Below are positions 13,887 through 27,519 of a stretch of 64,000 nucleotides of DNA, piece by piece; positions within the stretch are counted from its first letter, which is position 1; every line of letters begins with the position of its first letter. The notes below the pieces were generated by a model. That model made no database searches. It was not told the DNA's origin and worked only from the letters and a program-made list of their open reading frames with translations. The stretch comes from Octopus sinensis (Eukaryota). The position numbers were made by a program, and so were the translations under genes. Where the stretch lies: assembly GCF_006345805.1 (NCBI RefSeq), contig NC_043007.1, forward strand, positions 46,128,001 through 46,192,000, in the 5' to 3' direction.

Positions 13887-15281
13887 AAGACAAGCGATAA
13901 CACAACCAAGCAAAAGAACGGCAGACGGATAATCATAAATACTATAAAATAGTTGATTTAGAAGTTACAAACGCACATACGCACATTAACACACACACGC
14001 ACACACACAACTATGCAACACCCCTCCAAAAGCATACAAGAATAGATTCATACTGTAAATATCCAACAAAATTAATAAAACCCACATGTGCTATAGAAGA
14101 CAGATACCCGACATCAGAACACAACCTTCGCTACAGAAACACACTCACACACAAGATAAAAACTAATACAATCGAAGACTGAAACAAAACCCTATACCAA
14201 AACGCACTGATACAATATCTCCCCCTCCCACCAAAGGAAAAAGGAAAAATGCAGCACTCACTACCCTTGCAGCACAAAGGTGCAACAAATGATGCAACAG
14301 AAATTTGCTTGAAACATTCAGATGTTGATAAATAATAGTTGTGGTAGCAATGTTGACGAACGTTAACTTACCTCAGTTTATGCGAGAGAGGAGTTATCGA
14401 AAATATATACATACATACATACATATGTATATATATATATATGTGTGTGTATGTATGTATATGCATGTGTGTGTATAGAGAGATAGGCAGTACAAAAGAG
14501 AGACAGAGACAGGCATAAAAATGGAAAGTATCACTTGTATTTGAAAACAATGGAAATATTAAGAAAAAAATCATTTCAATTAAGTTTTTCACATTTTAAT
14601 TGTTTTTCATACTTTACTCTAAGTTGAAAAAGTCGCAATGCGTGAAACCGGTTCTAAAATGTTTTTCATAATGAAATTACTTTAGCCTTTTCTACCTTGT
14701 CCTATTTTCCTTATTCATATCAACTCATGGGTTCCTTTTCCCCCTTCGATATATATTATATATATATATATATTATATATATATATATAATATATATATA
14801 TATATATGATCTGTCTGCCGCTAACTCAAATATTGCATTGATATGCTTAAATTGTAAATATGATAAAATCTGTCAGCTATAACCTAGAATAGATGTATGG
14901 AACTGTACCAATTTTAAACTCTGTTTTAGAATATATGCTGACTGTACAATGCATCTGAAATTACACTAACAATGAATAATGCGAATTGTGCATTATGTTC
15001 TAAATGGTCTCGGTTATTCAAATTCGAGTTTTCAAAAGTCTAACTCAAAACAGAGTCACGTATGTATTAAACAGAAGCAAAAGTAGTAGTAGTAGTAGTA
15101 GTAGTACCAGATTCAGTGTGAATCCACATCAAGTGGATTATCGTGTAAGCTCTAGGGAATGTGTTCTAGTAAAACTTGAAATGAGAGTATTCCGTGGGAC
15201 ACGATATTCATAATACCAGTGAAATACAAAAGAATGTACGAGTCTATTGTTTGTGAACATGTCTGTGAACTATATCCTACA

Positions 15282-15282
<1 letters not shown>

Positions 15283-15347
<65 letters not shown>

Positions 15348-15599
15348 TTTTATATATACATACGGACATATATATATTTAAGTATAAAGTATAATTATGT
15401 ATATATATGCTGCATATATGTATAGAGACATATATACATATGCATATTTATATATATGTATATATATATATATATATATACACACATGTGTATATTAAAT
15501 ATATGGGTGTGTGTTATATATGTATGTATACATACATATATGCATATATATATATATATAATATATATATAAATATATGTATATATACATATTTTTATG

Positions 15600-15684
<85 letters not shown>

Positions 15685-15722
15685 CAAGCATACAGATATA
15701 TATTATACATACAGAGACATAT
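15283..15722. repeat. Long interrupted (TA)n tract
   Basis: Direct reading. Confidence 0.95.
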
Positions 15723-16510
15723 ATTCTTCGTGATGTTCCTAAATTCTTTAACAGTACTTTGTTTTCTCTATATATACAGAAACCCGATAGGTATTGTGTT
15801 CCATTCACAGCATTATCGAGGTCAATCAATATAAATGAAATCGATAATTAATATCTAGAACAGGAAATTGAAATCAGAGTGAAAGAATGTCATTGAGAAC
15901 CCCCTAGCCTTTCGAAGAGCACCATTAATTCTTTGCATCATGAAATTTCAATGATTTTTCAAAGTTGCCACACTTAAAGTTTGTATTACATGAGTTCACA
16001 CTGAAATTTATCACTCATACGTTTGCATGCTTTTAAATACTACATCATAGGTTCTATTATGTAAACGTATTCTGTTATAAGTTAACAATAAGTTTCTAAT
16101 TTATGGCTATCAATGTAGGGTCGAGAGGAAGCTTCTTAGAGATGAATCAGCGCATTGTTTGATGTCATTCTAATTTGATACAGTAATTACGACAAAATCT
16201 GGAAATAATTCAGTATCATACAAAACATTCACTAATTTTCCTATGAAATATTTATCCTTATGCAAGTAATGTAAGTGAAGTTCGCTTAACTGTAAATAGA
16301 TTACAGCGAATCAGAGTAATGTGCTTTGTAGTTTTTAGTATTTTCTCCTGATATGAGGTGCTCCAAATCCAAATCCGCTTGTTACTTTTCTTTCCGTTGT
16401 CGATAAAACAGTACGGTTTCAGGTTATTAAATTGGCAGAAATCTAAGGACATCGAAGCAAATATCTTGCTGTACTTTTTCTGGATCTTTGCGTTTTAAGT
16501 TTAATCCCTA

Positions 16511-16693
16511 CAAGGTGGGTACTGGAAAGTTCCATGCCTTGGGTAATAGAAAATACAGGAGGATCAGTTAATTATGATTTTGATCAACATATTCCCATCT
16601 CAGATTCATACACTTATGGCAGCCGCCCTTAAGTTTTTCTAAGCTGCAACCTTTCACGACACTCTTAAAGCCAGGAACTTTTTAGCAAGCTCT
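16511..16693. mobile_element. Mariner-derived MITE (~185 bp)
   Basis: Imperfect TIRs ta|caaggtgggtactggaaagttccatgcctt and aagccaggaactttttagcaagctctca|ta, with TA flanks. Confidence 0.55.
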
Positions 16694-17393
16694 CATATAT
16701 ATATGGTAAGATGTTGGCTTAACATCAGCACCTGCGTCCTTTATTAGTGAAGTACGTTCTGTCGTAAACTCTCGGGCCACAAGTTTCCGATTTCAGGATA
16801 ACTTCTATTCACCAAACTGGGAGCCCCGGTGAGAGGTCACGGAGACTGACATCCTTCCTGACTAAAGGATAATGTTTTAGAATATACAGATTAGAGTACT
16901 TAATACAAAGAATTTACAAGTAAAAGAAACAAGATGTCTGATTTGATTGCAATTATTCGACCAGAGTTAGAAGCCGAATTCGCCTTCAAGTCATTTCACT
17001 TTCAGTAAGGACATAACGTTAAATAATACAGCCTGATCGTAAAATAAAGTTAAGCACTCCAGGTCACAATCCGCTTCTAGTACCAATAATTGGAATCACA
17101 ATCACGAGATTATTTGGACAATTCTACGAGAACTTGGCCACCGGCATTTTACAAATCACTGATCCAGATATGTCATCATAAACGAGGTAAAGCTAAAATT
17201 AATATTTGACCGTACTACATATGTTCTGCTCTAGCGCTCTGAGTTCAAACTCCACTGCGGTCGACATTGCCATTCAGCCTATCGAGCTCGATAAAATAAA
17301 CACGTAAATTTGAAACCAATATTTATACATGCCGCAATACTGAAAACAATGAATGCGGAGAAGAGAAACATTTAAATGATAATAGAAATAAGT

Positions 17394-17795
17394 GGGGGTA
17401 CCCAAAAGTAAACGGAAACGTTCTCTGTGGGAAACCACTAGATGCAACCTCAGTCATCAATCTGCCGACCGGCGACAATCCGTGAAGTCGTACTGCCATG
17501 TGGTGCGTCTTTGTTTTGCAGTGTTTCTTCCCTGTTCGTCGATTTTTGCGATGGCTGAAACGAAGGAACAGCGTGCTTCCACGAAATTCTTTTTTATGCT
17601 GGCCAAAACGGCGGCCGAAACAGTTGTCATGCTTCAAACAGCTTCCGAGGTCGTTGTCAGGAGCAAAACACAAATTTACAAGGGGTTTTAACGCTTTAGG
17701 AAAGGTCACGTGTCGCTTGAAGATCAACCACGTTGAAGGAGACGGTGACCTCCCAAACAATGTCAAAAATCACGAAAATTCATGAACTGATCTTG
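17394..17795 (+). mobile_element. Mariner (DD34D) 5' fragment: TIR plus transposase N-terminus
   Basis: TIR gggggtacccaaaagtaaacggaa. Reads MAETKEQRASTKFFFMLAKTAAETVVMLQTA...SKTQIYKGF*RFRKGHVSLEDQPR...KIHELIL. Same family as 26510-27352. Confidence 0.85.
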
Positions 17796-17939
17796 AATTG
17801 AGGAATGCAACACAACTAGCGGTACAATATCCCACCAGTAAGGGACCTTGCTAAATCCCTTTTCCGTTTCCCTATTTTCTTATATATAATATATATATAT
17901 AAATTCATATATAATTTATATATATATACATATATAATT

Positions 17940-17975
<36 letters not shown>

Positions 17976-17988
17976 CATATATATATAA

Positions 17989-18032
<44 letters not shown>

Positions 18033-18364
18033 TATATAATTTTATTTGAGGGAATAAATTCCAAAATTACACGAAAAAAATTCAATTTAGAAATACTAAA
18101 TCAAATTTCACACAATATAATATATATATAAAAAATTAGAAAAAAACATTTTGTATCGATTCAAAATGAAGAATTAAATTTTTATTATTATTTTTGCAAT
18201 TTATTTAATCATTGACATTTTATGTTATTTTAACTTTATATTCCTATTATATGTAATTTTCTAGATGACGTAATTTAATTCGTCATTTTGAATGATAGAA
18301 GGTGGTTTTTCCTAATTTATATATATAATATATATACATATGTATATATATTTACATATATATG

Positions 18365-18392
<28 letters not shown>

Positions 18393-18396
<4 letters not shown>

Positions 18397-18733
18397 ATCA
18401 AAATAAGCAGCAAGGATATCCAAAGGTAATGCAGTACGATCGTTTCATGCGACTCCATTTAATTAAACAATGCAAATATTACATCAGTTTTAAAAGGTAG
18501 AGCAATCTTCAGTTGCATATAAATATAGAACTCAGTTAAATTGAAAAGATTGAAATTATTCATTTTTATACTTATTCCATTTACCAACATCACAAAGAGG
18601 GTAAATAGGTAGACAGAAGATTGCTCTACATTTTAAAACTGATGTAATACTTGCATTGTTTAATTAAATGGAGTCGCAAGAAACGATCGTACTGCATTAC
18701 CTTTGGGTACCCTTGTTGCTTATTTTGATTATA
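18393..18733. mobile_element. Foldback/MITE-like element with ~118-bp terminal inverted repeats
   Basis: 18393-18510 is the reverse complement of 18616-18733 with about 5 mismatches. Left end sits in a (TA)n tract. Confidence 0.75.
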
Positions 18734-18845
18734 ATCACCCCATTTTGAATTATATGAATAATATCATACCAAATTCTGGTGCCTCTAACTTACGTACCAT
18801 ATTCAACTGAATCTAAATTTTTACTGAATTTATATGTATATATAT

Positions 18846-18879
<34 letters not shown>

Positions 18880-18944
18880 ATATATATAATATATATATAT
18901 ATATATTTCCTGCGAACAAATTGACACTCCTCCTCTTCTTCGTC

Positions 18945-19560
18945 CAGTGTTTCAATCCTATTCCTGAATCATACTGCACTGTCACCAATCTCTCCATTGA
19001 TTTTCTCGACATTCCTGTCACCAGCTATCACTTCACTGTTACCATGACCATCCACTACAAACACACAGACTCATACTCCTCCCACCTTAACCACACCAAT
19101 CACTCCATCCCCTACTCCCAGTTCCTCTGTCTACGCCGGCTCTGCAGTACCTGCCATGCTTTTGAACCCAGTCTCAACTAATGGTTCGTCACTTCACCTT
19201 ACGTTGCTAAACGGTCATTGTTATCCAATCTGCCCTCGCCCGAGCACATTCCTTTCACTGTGTCTACGCTGTCTCTCTCCGCACCCGCCCAACCATTACC
19301 GCCTCTCTTTTCCTCTCAGCTACCAGCCTGCTCGACCATTGGACCATTTTCCGAATTTTTCGTCGACTCCAGTCCGGCCTGTCCACCTCCCGCACCTTCT
19401 CCAATCTACCCTTCCTTCCTTCCTCTACTCCTTCCTTCAAGCACGCCCACAATCTGCGTGACCAGCCCCGTAGTTCTTTCCCCACTTCTGGAACCCTACG
19501 TTGATCCTTCCTTTGCATTCACCCACACTGTTACACCTACCCCTTCCTCTTCAACACCAC
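18945..19560 (+). mobile_element. Penelope-like element fragment (RT C-terminus and linker)
   Basis: SIDFLDIPV...TIHYKHTDSYS...SIPYSQFLCLRRLCS and PSFKHAHNLRD segments match PLE FLD...YKPTD...SIPYSQFLRLRR.CS...F.R..NLRD. Confidence 0.8.
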
Positions 19561-20782
19561 TATATATGTCATATATATATATATATATATATATATAAGT
19601 GTGTATGCATATATACTAACACATGTATATATGTATATATATGTTTGTAGGCTGGTAGACATATATCGTCAGTGTTGTGCAAGCTTAATTTTGGTTGGAA
19701 AGTGTTACTTCAATTTAAAAATTCCTTATGGTAAAGTTTATTATTATATTATAAATGTATTAACGCATATCGCGAAATTGTGCATAAGTTTATATTGACA
19801 CCAATAAAATAGTTATTCTTAACTTTATATGTTTTCTGTGAATATCGAATTATTACATTTCTATAGAGGATAAAGCATTCCGAAATGTCCATAACTCTTG
19901 TAAGCCTAAACAAATTGTGATGCATATACTTATACATAAAATTTAATAATATCTGGATTTATGAAATGCAGGCTAGAAATGAAAAGAGAACGTATGGTAA
20001 TTTAATTTATAAGCAGTTTCCTGTATTTGAATATAGGTAAAGGAAAATTATGAAGAACACGAGGGAAATATTCAATCTAGTTATAAAACATAAACGAACT
20101 GCACGAAGAAAGAGGTCATGTGAGGGCTTTTTAAAAACATAGTTTCTCTCGAGATATATTATATGTAATTGAATTATCACCTTTGGATAATTAAAATGCT
20201 CGTGGATGTCAATTCAACATAGAGGGTTCATCTCGGTTTCTATTGTAAAATCAAAAACTGATACAGCACCTTCATTTGTGGTATAATTGAATACCTGTAT
20301 ATGAAATTGAAAGTTATGTTTCTTAACTTGTCATTTACAACAACGTAATTATAGTATATTATCAAATATCGATTTCATACATGACCTAAAAAAAATTAGG
20401 CAGGCATAGGCGCGTGACATAGTCAATTATATAGACCCCTGTAGCAGAAACGACCAAATCGATTCTAATAAGATTTGAAGTTAGTTCCTCGTGAAGGACC
20501 GCAATTAGAGAGTTTTTATTTTATTGTAAGGGCAAAGCTAAACAATCCTATCACATTTTGTCTTATATCTTTTCAGATTTTAAAACAAAAGTTATCGTAG
20601 TTTCATAGCCAGCTCACATTTTTGAAGACACTTAACAAACTTACTTTTTTAATACAATTGTAGACTTAGTTGCTTTATGCAGATAATGGATTTACAAACG
20701 TAATATCTGTACCATGTAAGTAAATATTACAATTAACGGAAGACACTTGATATGAGGAATATTATATATCATTCATATAGGG

Positions 20783-20998
20783 CCCTATGTCGGCAGAATT
20801 GCTAGCACACTAAACAAACTACATGATGCCATATCATCCTTATTTACACACTGAATTCAGATTTCGCCGAGGTTAACTTTGTCTTCCATCCTTTCGGGAT
20901 CGATAAAATAAGCATCACTTGAGTACTGGGGTTAATGTATCGACAAGCCCCATGCCTTTAAATTCCTGGCCTTGTGCACATAATTGAAAAGGATGATA
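20783..20998 (+). mobile_element. SINE family B
   Basis: ggcagaattgctagcac...gaattcagatttcgccgaggttaactttgtcttccatcctttcgggatcgataaaataag...ggccttgtgc. Confidence 0.8.
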
Positions 20999-22064
20999 TA
21001 CTATTCATAGTAATAACTTAAATAATCATTCCTATCTCACAAACTATAGTGCAAAGCCACTTTTCTTAGTGGTACATCGCCTTATTTATTTTTGCTATCT
21101 TCCCAAGATAGCCATGACCAAGTTGAACTATGAGCACAATTTCTTTTTCATGACCAAGCTATCTTCTATAAAAAGGTGTTGTGTAGCTTTAAACGCAATA
21201 TATAACGCTTGCAGTCCATTTTAAAAAGGTTGTGATTTAAGGAGCGTCTTTTCCATATGGTCATCAAATATTGTTTCAAAGATCTAGGGATATTTTCTGA
21301 ATATTTACCTAATTTAATACGAAGCTTCTCAAACAAAATTAAAAAAATATAACAACCGTTACGTAGCTTGATTAAACTACTGCATTCCCTATAAATCAAT
21401 GTTGTAATATAGATGGAATAAATCTCTAAATTATGGTTGTGATATAGGAAATTTAGAAGACGGATAATCAATGATTTGCTACTATCTTCCATGGACTTAG
21501 CTTTCTTGTAATCCATATGTAATCATTTTATTATCCAGCATAGATCATTACTACCCACGTGCTTCGCAGATCTTTCTCTGTATTCCCTTATCGTATATGC
21601 AATTGAATGAGCATTCAGACGTCATTTCACTAACTCAAATCCATTAACGTACGGAAAAGTTTGGAAGATACCATTAAAGCTACAGCTCCCAAACAGACTT
21701 CAGAGAGACTCTTGTACAATCTTGTAAATATATTTCCATCGATACTTACTATCTTTATGATTGTTATAAGAAGCTATTTTACATATTCAATTAAGGAGTA
21801 AATAGTTCCTCAGTCTTAACTTCCGAAGGTACTGAGGATTATTTGCAAATTATATTTCATATTTTCACGTTCAGCCTAAAAGTAGAGACGTTAAAAATAT
21901 TGTTGATCGTATCTTTATATATTTACTCGTGTGAGTATGTATGCGTTAATACACACACACGCACACACACGCACACAAGCACACAAGCACAAACGCACAC
22001 CCGTATATATATGCATTGTGTATATACATATATATAGTGAAGCGTTTTTTTATAGTTATATTTT

Positions 22065-22971
22065 TCAAAATTAAGATAAACAAATTTCTTATTTAATCTA
22101 AATTATACTTCCCTTTACTTTCTACAATGCTCTTCCATCTATCTGGAAAACTCGAAAGGCCCTGCATCCAAAATCTACTTGCCGTGACGAAAAATACTCC
22201 TCCACTACTGTTCTGTCCTCGTCTCCACAACTGATATTTTCTCAATCCAAATGATTTTGAAGACTGCAGAATGAATCATAATCATATGGGGTAATGTCCG
22301 GCGAATATAGTGGGTGGGGCATTGTTTCCCATTCAAACTGCTCCAGCCTTTGGAACGTCATCCTCGCTGCATGTGGCTGAACATTATCCTGATGGAGGTA
22401 CACTTTTCGTCTTGAAACCTAAGATGATCGTTTTTCTTCTGATGCAGACATAAGCCACTCAAGCTACTCACAGTAGATCTCCTTTGTTATTGTTTGGTTT
22501 TGGTTTAAAAGTTTAATGTAGACTAAACCTTTCATATCACACCAGACAGATAACAACACCTTACGTGAGGGAGACTTTCTTTAGCTGGAGTGTCGGTGTT
22601 TCTCCTTTCCTTACCCACTGTTTTCTGCGTTTGACAGTCACTATTCGGTTACTATTTGGTCGAGAAGCAATTTATTCGTGACACGTGACAGCAAAGAAGA
22701 GCGCACATCCACTTTCTGTTCGCGATTAGGTTCGGAATGTTTGTGAGACACCCTTTGACTTATTTTGCTGATTTTGTAATGGCACGCAAGTGACGATAAA
22801 TGGTTGAATTTCAAGCTTTTCTGCTAGTTCCTCAACAGTTACAATGAGATGTGTTTTCCACCAGGCTTTGCAGGAAGTCTTCATTGAACTCTACAGATCT
22901 TTCAGGACGAGGCTCGTCCTCTAGGTTGTAGCTACCGGCTCGGTAGTTTATCCGGAACCCCTTCGACGTTT
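22065..22971 (-). mobile_element. Mariner transposase remnant, left palindrome arm
   Basis: Reverse complement of 22989-23890. Confidence 0.85.
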
Positions 22972-22988
22972 TTTCAATTGCATGAACT

Positions 22989-23890
22989 AAACGTCGAAGG
23001 GGTTCCGGATAATTACCGAGCCGGTAGCTACAACCTAGAGGACGAGCCTCGTCCTGAAAGATCTGTAGAGTTCAATGAAGACTTCCTGCAAAGCTGGTGG
23101 AAAACACATCTCATTGTAACTGTTGAGGAACTAGCAGAAAAGCTTGAATTCAACCATTTATCGTCACTTGCGTGCCATTACAAAATCAGCAAAATAAGTC
23201 AAGGGTGTCTCACAAACATTCCGAACCTAATCGCGAACAGAAAGTGGATGTGCGCTCTTCTTTGCTGTCACGTGTCACGAATAAATGCTTCTCGACCAAA
23301 TAGTAACCGAATAGTGACTGTCAAACGCAGAAAACAGTGGGTAAGGAAAGGAGAAACACCGACACTCCAGCTAAAGAAAGTCTCCCTCACGTAAGGTGTT
23401 GTTATCTGTCTGGTGTGATATGAAAGGTTTAGTCCACATTAAACTTTTAAACCAAAACCAAACAATAACAAAGGAGATCTACTGTGAGTAGCTTGAGTGG
23501 CTTATGTCTGCATCAGAAGAAAAACGATCATCTTAGGTTTCAAGACGAAAAGTGTACCTCCATCAGGATAATGTTCAGCCACATGCAGCGAGGATGACGT
23601 TCCAAAGGCTGGAGCAGTTGAATGGGAAACAATGCCCCACCCACTATATTCGCCGGACATTACCCATATGATTATGATTCATTCTGCAGTCTTCAAAATC
23701 ATTTGGATTGAGAAAATATCAGTTGTGGAGACGAGGACAGAACAGTAGTGGAGGAGTATTTTTCGTCACGGCAAGTAGATTTTGGATGCAGGGCCTTTCG
23801 AGTTTTCCAGATAGATGGAAGAGCATTGTAGAAAGTAAAGGGAAGTATAATTTAGATTAAAAAGAAATTTGTTTATCTTAATTTTGAAAA
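22989..23890 (+). mobile_element. Mariner transposase remnant (5'-truncated), right palindrome arm
   Basis: LEDEPRPERSVEFNED...VTVEELAEKL...RIVT...KRRKQWV.KGETP, then HQDN.QPH and HPLYSPDI motifs of DD34D mariners; frameshifted. Confidence 0.9.
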
Positions 23891-24938
23891 ATATAACTAT
23901 AAAAAAACGCTTCACTATATATATGTATATACACAATGCATATATATACGGGTGTGCGTTTGTGCTTGTGTGCTTGGTGCGTGTGTGTGCGTGGTGTGTA
24001 TTAACGCATACATACTCACACGAGTAAATATATAAGATACGATCAACAATATTTTTAACGTCTCTACTTTTAGGCTGAACGTGAAAATATGAAATATAAT
24101 TTGCAAATAATCCTCAGTACCTTCGGAAGTTAAGACTGAGGGAACTATTTACTCCTTAATTGAATATGTAAAATAGCTTCTTATAACAATCATAAAGATA
24201 GTAAGTATCGATGGAAATATTTACAAGATTTACAAGAGTCTCTCTGAAGTCTGTTTGGGAGCTGTAGCTTTAATGGTATCTTCCAAACTTTTCCGTACGT
24301 TAATGGATTTGAGTTAGTGAAATGACGTCTGAATGCTCATTCAATTGCATATACGATAAGGGAATACAGAGAAAGATCTGCGAAGCACGTGGGTAGTAAT
24401 GATCTATGCTGGATAATAAAATGATTACATATGGATTACAAGAAAGCTAAGTCCATGGAAGATAGTAGCAAATCATTGATTATCCGTCTTCTAAATTTCC
24501 TATATCACAACCATAATTTAGAGATTTATTCCATCTATATTACAACATTGATTTATAGGGAATGCAGTAGTTTAATCAAGCTACGTAACGGTTGTTATAT
24601 TTTTTTAATTTTGTTTGAGAAGCTTCGTATTAAATTAGGTAAATATTCAGAAAATATCCCTAGATCTTTGAAACAATATTTGATGACCATATGGAAAAGA
24701 CGCTCCTTAAATCACAACCTTTTTAAAATGGACTGCAAGCGTTATATATTGCGTTTAAAGCTACGCAACACCTTTTTATAGAAGATAGCTTGGTCATGAA
24801 AAAGAAATTGTGCTCATAGTTCAACTTGGTCATGGCTATCTTGGGAAGATAGCAAAAATAAATAAGGCGATGTACCACTAAGAAAAGTGGCTTTGCACTA
24901 TAGTTTGTGAGATAGGAATGATTATTTAAGTTATTACT

Positions 24939-25215
24939 ATAGTAATAACTATGTCCTGTGAACATCAATGTCGTCAGAAAAAATACAGAAGAAAGATAAC
25001 ATCTACTGACCACTAATAAGGAGTTTGCAAATCCAGTATCGAAGATACACTTTCAGCTTCATACCTTTCAGTCTTGGGGCAACAGGATATGTAACAAACC
25101 ATCTGAAGCAAGGTATGATTGAACTTGGGTTTTAGAACGCAACCCCATTATTCATACACAAGAAATGATCACTGTATCTGGGATTATAAAAATCTGAAAG
25201 AACTTCTTAAACATT
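24939..25215 (+). mobile_element. RLE-type LINE (R4/CRE-like) C-terminal fragment
   Basis: Reads CPVNINVVRKNTE...PLIRSLQIQYRRYTFSFIPFSLGATGYVTNHL...VSGIIKI, matching RLE endings EISCP.D.N...K...Y..L...L...Y....IP..GALG. Confidence 0.6.
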
Positions 25216-26509
25216 TTGGGGGCGATAAATGAAATGAAATGCTTTCTTTCACAATCTTGCTACAAAGTATGTGGCCACTCAAAAGTTAATCTATACAAAA
25301 AGGGGAAAGAGAAAATACATACATACGTACATACATAAAACGTGCATAAACGCTCACACACACAGAATGTACAAAGACGGAGTGAAAGAGATACAGTGAG
25401 GTAGAACATGGGAGAGTGAAAGAGATATACAGATTTATAGCAATATAAATATATTTAACAATATGATGCCTGTAAATCATTAATGTATGTATTAATGCAT
25501 GTAGTATTTACCTGATGCTGAATCGATATTCATTTTAGATATATTTGTTTTGTTCAAACTACATAATTTCTTTCTAAACATTTCTTAAGCAGTAAATATT
25601 TCTATTTCTCAAATCTAAATAAATTATACAATCATAGTGGATGCCTTTGGGTTGTTCAGAAATACATTTCCTTATGCGATTAAGAACTTTCAGGATTTAA
25701 CTATAGCGTTGTAAGAATCTTGGTACGTTTTCAACCATAATTAACCACCTCGGTGCAGTCATGACGAATTCGAAACAACGTGTGATCACTCCATTTGTGA
25801 GAAATGGAAAGAAAAATGCCCATAAATATAACGGTCTTATTAGAAAACAAGACACACATTTGCTCATAGAGTTATAAAAGCAGTATATATGACCAATAAC
25901 CCGTGACATTCACAGAGATGCATTATTGTTGACAATTACACTGGGCCACCATTGTTGAGCTTCGCTACAATTTTGTGATAGTCTTCGTTAGCAATACCGT
26001 AGTGTCTTCTATTATTTAATCCCATTATTCCAATAATGGGTTGTCTGAAAAAATCTGTTAATGTTATATATTGTCATGGCCACTTAGGCTGGAGTTCTAC
26101 GACTGCGGCCATACAGAATTACCAATAATTACTTTGGTCACACATTAATAAATAAAGATATTTTATTTGTCGACAGATGACAGAATTGTTGACATTATAA
26201 ATGATGACAGTGGTTGTTTAGGCTCAGAGTCTCAGGTTTTCATGTTGACTTCACAGAACATGTCGACATATCGGTGTTCGAGGGTTCCGTTAATTAATGT
26301 GCGGAGATTGTTATGACACACTGTGAACGTATAAGGGATAATTGTTTTCTCCTATATTCCACACAACTGCGACTAGCATATCTTGCGTTTGAAATTGCCG
26401 GCAAATATTAAGTATAAATAAAATACATATGCGAATTATCATTACATACATACATAGATATATATATATATATATACATACATACGTACACACACACACA
26501 CACACGAGT

Positions 26510-27351
26510 GAAGGGGTACCTAAAACGAACCGGAGTTTTGCAATATTATGTTATTCATCTATATTTTTATGTTTACTTTTCTATCTCCTTCAAAGTATTC
26601 TTTATGTGAAGCAATGCATCGGTCCAGTGCTGGAACTCTTGCGAACTGATGCTTTTAACGTCTCCATCATCTTTTTACTTCATCTCTTCCAAATCTGCAA
26701 ATTCCGAAGCAACAGCTTTCGTCACCAGCGATGACCTTCCAAAAGAGATCTGGATCAACTTCCAACTGTTCTTTCAATTCACGACATGCATTCAGTCATG
26801 AATGCATTTCATCTTCCGTGAGCAAGCGAGGTACAAATCTTGCTGCAGCCCTTTTCGTTCGAAATACCTTGCTGAAAATTTGTTAGCAGGAACTCTACGA
26901 TATACCAGCCTTATCAACCAGTTTTCAATGGTTCGATAATGGCCCTCTAAGGTCAGTTCATGAATTTTCATGATGTTTTCATTCAGTTGGGAGTTCGACA
27001 AGCGACAAGTGACGATTGCAAAAGCATGAAAACCAGTCACAAACGTGTTTTGCTCATGGCGGTGGCCTTGTAGTCATTTCGAAGCGTGACAACTGTTTCG
27101 GCTGCCGTTTTGCCCAGCAGTAAAGAGATTTTCACGGAAGCACGCTGTGCCTTCGGTTCAGCTATCGGAAAAATCGACAAACAGGGGAGAAGCACTGCAA
27201 ACCAAAGACACACCATATGGTAGTACGCCCTAAATCTACCCGGCCGGTAAACTGATGCGCGAGGGAATCATTAAGTGACCTATAGCGGTGGGTGCTTGAA
27301 CTACAAAGTGCTTGTCCGACAGAGGATTCCGGTTTTCTTTTGTGTACCCTC

Positions 27352-27352
<1 letters not shown>
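26510..27352 (-). mobile_element. Internally deleted mariner with both TIRs
   Basis: TIRs gaaggggtacctaaaacgaaccgg / ccggttttcttttgtgtaccctcg|ta. Minus strand gives ENIMKIHELTLEGHYRTI...LVYRRVPANKFSA..L and aligns by eye to 17394-17795. Confidence 0.85.
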
Positions 27353-27400
<48 letters not shown>

Positions 27401-27437
27401 GTATTTATTGTGATAGCGGATGTAAAATAAATAATAA

Positions 27438-27473
<36 letters not shown>

Positions 27474-27519
27474 CAAAACAGCAATAACAAATAAATAACA
27501 ATAATAAATTACCAGAATT

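Larger units (their letters stand above)
21007..24940. repeat. ~3.9-kb near-perfect palindrome (two ~1.95-kb arms, 17-nt spacer)
   Basis: 21007-22971 is the reverse complement of 22989-24940 apart from scattered 1-nt indels and a few substitutions. Spacer 22972-22988 is tttcaattgcatgaact. Confidence 0.95.

Noticed and set aside
21166-24781. Duplicated 116-aa ORF (21166-21516 minus, 24431-24781 plus) as a host gene pair
   Set aside because: The duplication is simply the palindrome. The peptide has at most a weak resemblance to a decayed RTE RT tail and no recognisable domain.
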